Below are positions 25,976-27,241 of a DNA stretch of 27,241 nt, in pieces (positions within the stretch are counted from its first letter, which is position 1; each line of letters starts with the position of its first letter). Under the pieces are notes generated by a model that had not been told where the DNA came from, ran no database searches, and saw only the letters and a list, made by a program, of their open reading frames with translations. The DNA lies in the IMG/VR virus record IMGVR_UViG_3300026382_000007; one strand, written 5' to 3'. Source of the stretch: a virus (lineage: Duplodnaviria > Heunggongvirae > Uroviricota > Caudoviricetes). Both the position numbers and the translations under genes were made by a program.

Positions 25976-27211
25976 ATGGATTTAAAGCGGTTCACAGAAC
26001 TGAATGGTGTTGAGGAGATCAGTGACCTTGAACAAGGTATGGATTTTCGTGACCCAAAAGTTAGGCGGGAGGTTTTCCTGAGATTCTATGGTTTTCACCT
26101 TGAGTACAAATCACATCCAGGTGCAGTTTACTATGTTATGCCATTTTTAGCTAACAAGTACAAATGGGACCTTGAAACGAAATTGTGGTTTGCATTCATT
26201 AATGGCGCAACACAGAATCCTCTAACATCTTGGGTTATTTTCAATCACTTCCCAACAGTTGATACTGATCCCGAAGTCATGGAAAAATGGCATAGGGAAT
26301 ATTGGAGAAACTTAGATTATGATATTGATCGTCGTTACCAAAAGGGGCACTTCGTTGAGATGTTCGAAAATTACAAGGAGTTGTTAAATGGTAAGACTCA
26401 AGTGGAGTATTTTGGTGATATTTGTAGTTCTGATGATCCATATAAAAACTTCGAGGCTTTATGGGATGTTGTTTATAATGACTTTTTCATGTATGGTCGC
26501 CTTTCTACATTTTCATATACTGAGTATCTGAAGATTTCAGGGCTGAACATTGATTGTAATACATTACTGATACATGATAAGTCAGGCTCCAAATCACATA
26601 GGAATGGTCTTTGTAAGGTGCTCGGTCGTGACGACATGGATGTTGATAAGCGAAACGAAATACTGATTCCTGGTCTTGAAAATGGTCACACCAAAGAGAT
26701 TATGAACTGGCTTGAAAAAGAGGGTGAACTTCTTATGAGCGAAGCCAAAGAGCGGTTCGCTGGTACTGACTTCATTGAAGATGTAAATTATTACACTTTA
26801 GAGAGCACACTTTGTTGTTACAAATCGTGGCATAGGGTCAATCGTCGTTATGCGAATGTCTATAATGATATGTTCCATGACCGCATCCTCAAGGCTGAAA
26901 CTCGTGATTGGTATGAGATTGACGGTATGAGCATCAACTTCAAAGATTTTTGGGAAGCCAGGGAGGCTTATCTCCCTGAAGAACTTCGACTTGAGATTCA
27001 GGAAAATGATCCCGGATTGGTTAAGGTTAAACAAAATTGGTATAGGCTGACAGGTCAAGTGCCTATGATGGAAATGTACGACCCTGTGTTCAAGAATGAC
27101 TTTCTTAAGAACTATGAAAACCGTGCAATTGAATGGTATGGCAAACCACCTACACCAAAGCCTAAAAAGGTTAAAATAGAATCACCAGATATAACGGAGG
27201 AGTGGCTATGA
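25976..27211 (+). CDS. aGPT-Pplase2 / amino acid:DNA transferase family DNA base-modification enzyme
   Basis: KLWFAFING, DIDRRYQK, GRLSTFSYTEYL, GSKSHRNGL, LESTLCCYK, RRY motifs. Confidence 0.8.
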   Translation: MDLKRFTELNGVEEISDLEQGMDFRDPKVRREVFLRFYGFHLEYKSHPGAVYYVMPFLANKYKWDLETKLWFAFINGATQNPLTSWVIFNHFPTVDTDPEVMEKWHREYWRNLDYDIDRRYQKGHFVEMFENYKELLNGKTQVEYFGDICSSDDPYKNFEALWDVVYNDFFMYGRLSTFSYTEYLKISGLNIDCNTLLIHDKSGSKSHRNGLCKVLGRDDMDVDKRNEILIPGLENGHTKEIMNWLEKEGELLMSEAKERFAGTDFIEDVNYYTLESTLCCYKSWHRVNRRYANVYNDMFHDRILKAETRDWYEIDGMSINFKDFWEAREAYLPEELRLEIQENDPGLVKVKQNWYRLTGQVPMMEMYDPVFKNDFLKNYENRAIEWYGKPPTPKPKKVKIESPDITEEWL

Positions 27212-27241
27212 ATGAAAGACAGTCTATAAATGACGACACAC
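27208..27241 (+). CDS. 5' start of the next gene (truncated by the window)
   Basis: ATGA overlap with the upstream stop, GGAGG RBS; MNERQSINDDT... Confidence 0.55.
   Translation, partial: MNERQSINDDT

Noticed and set aside
542-27058. Minus-strand ORFs in the ORF track
   Set aside because: They lie wholly or largely antisense to well-supported + strand genes and show no recognisable motifs; shadow ORFs
1-27241. tRNA or rRNA genes, integrase, transposase
   Set aside because: No cloverleaf or T-loop signature was recognised in intergenic gaps (the GTTCGA near 19330 lacks tRNA stems), and no recombinase or transposase motifs were seen

Overview
A 27 kb, AT-rich segment of a large T4-like (Tevenvirinae/Eucampyvirinae-type) phage genome, with all credible genes on the + strand. 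It covers the replication and recombination core: gp47 and gp46 (Mre11/Rad50-like), probable gp33 and gp59, clamp loader gp44 and gp62, UvsX, gp41 helicase and a family B DNA polymerase. The core is interspersed with small accessory genes (phosphoesterases, RtcB, HD hydrolase, MazF-like protein) and nucleotide or DNA-modification genes (dimeric dUTPase, HAD nucleotidase, two aGPT-Pplase-family base hypermodification enzymes). Main points: (1) uvsX is fractured into two ORFs carrying the two halves of a naturally split intein, with a decayed NUMOD3/Zn-finger homing-endonuclease remnant between them. (2) The DNA polymerase is split at the fingers domain into two separately promoted genes, with no intein and three unrelated ORFs between them. 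(3) About 12 copies of a rigidly spaced promoter, TAAGC-N6-TAAGC-N10-TATAAT, head the gene modules; it is Campylobacterota-like and often supplies the stop codon of the upstream gene. (4) A short terminal [LVI/T]-[DSE]-E-W peptide is shared by the polymerase C-terminus, gp33, the gp62 N-terminus and both hypermodification enzymes, suggesting sliding-clamp-coupled DNA hypermodification. All family assignments come from motif recognition by eye; no database searches were run.
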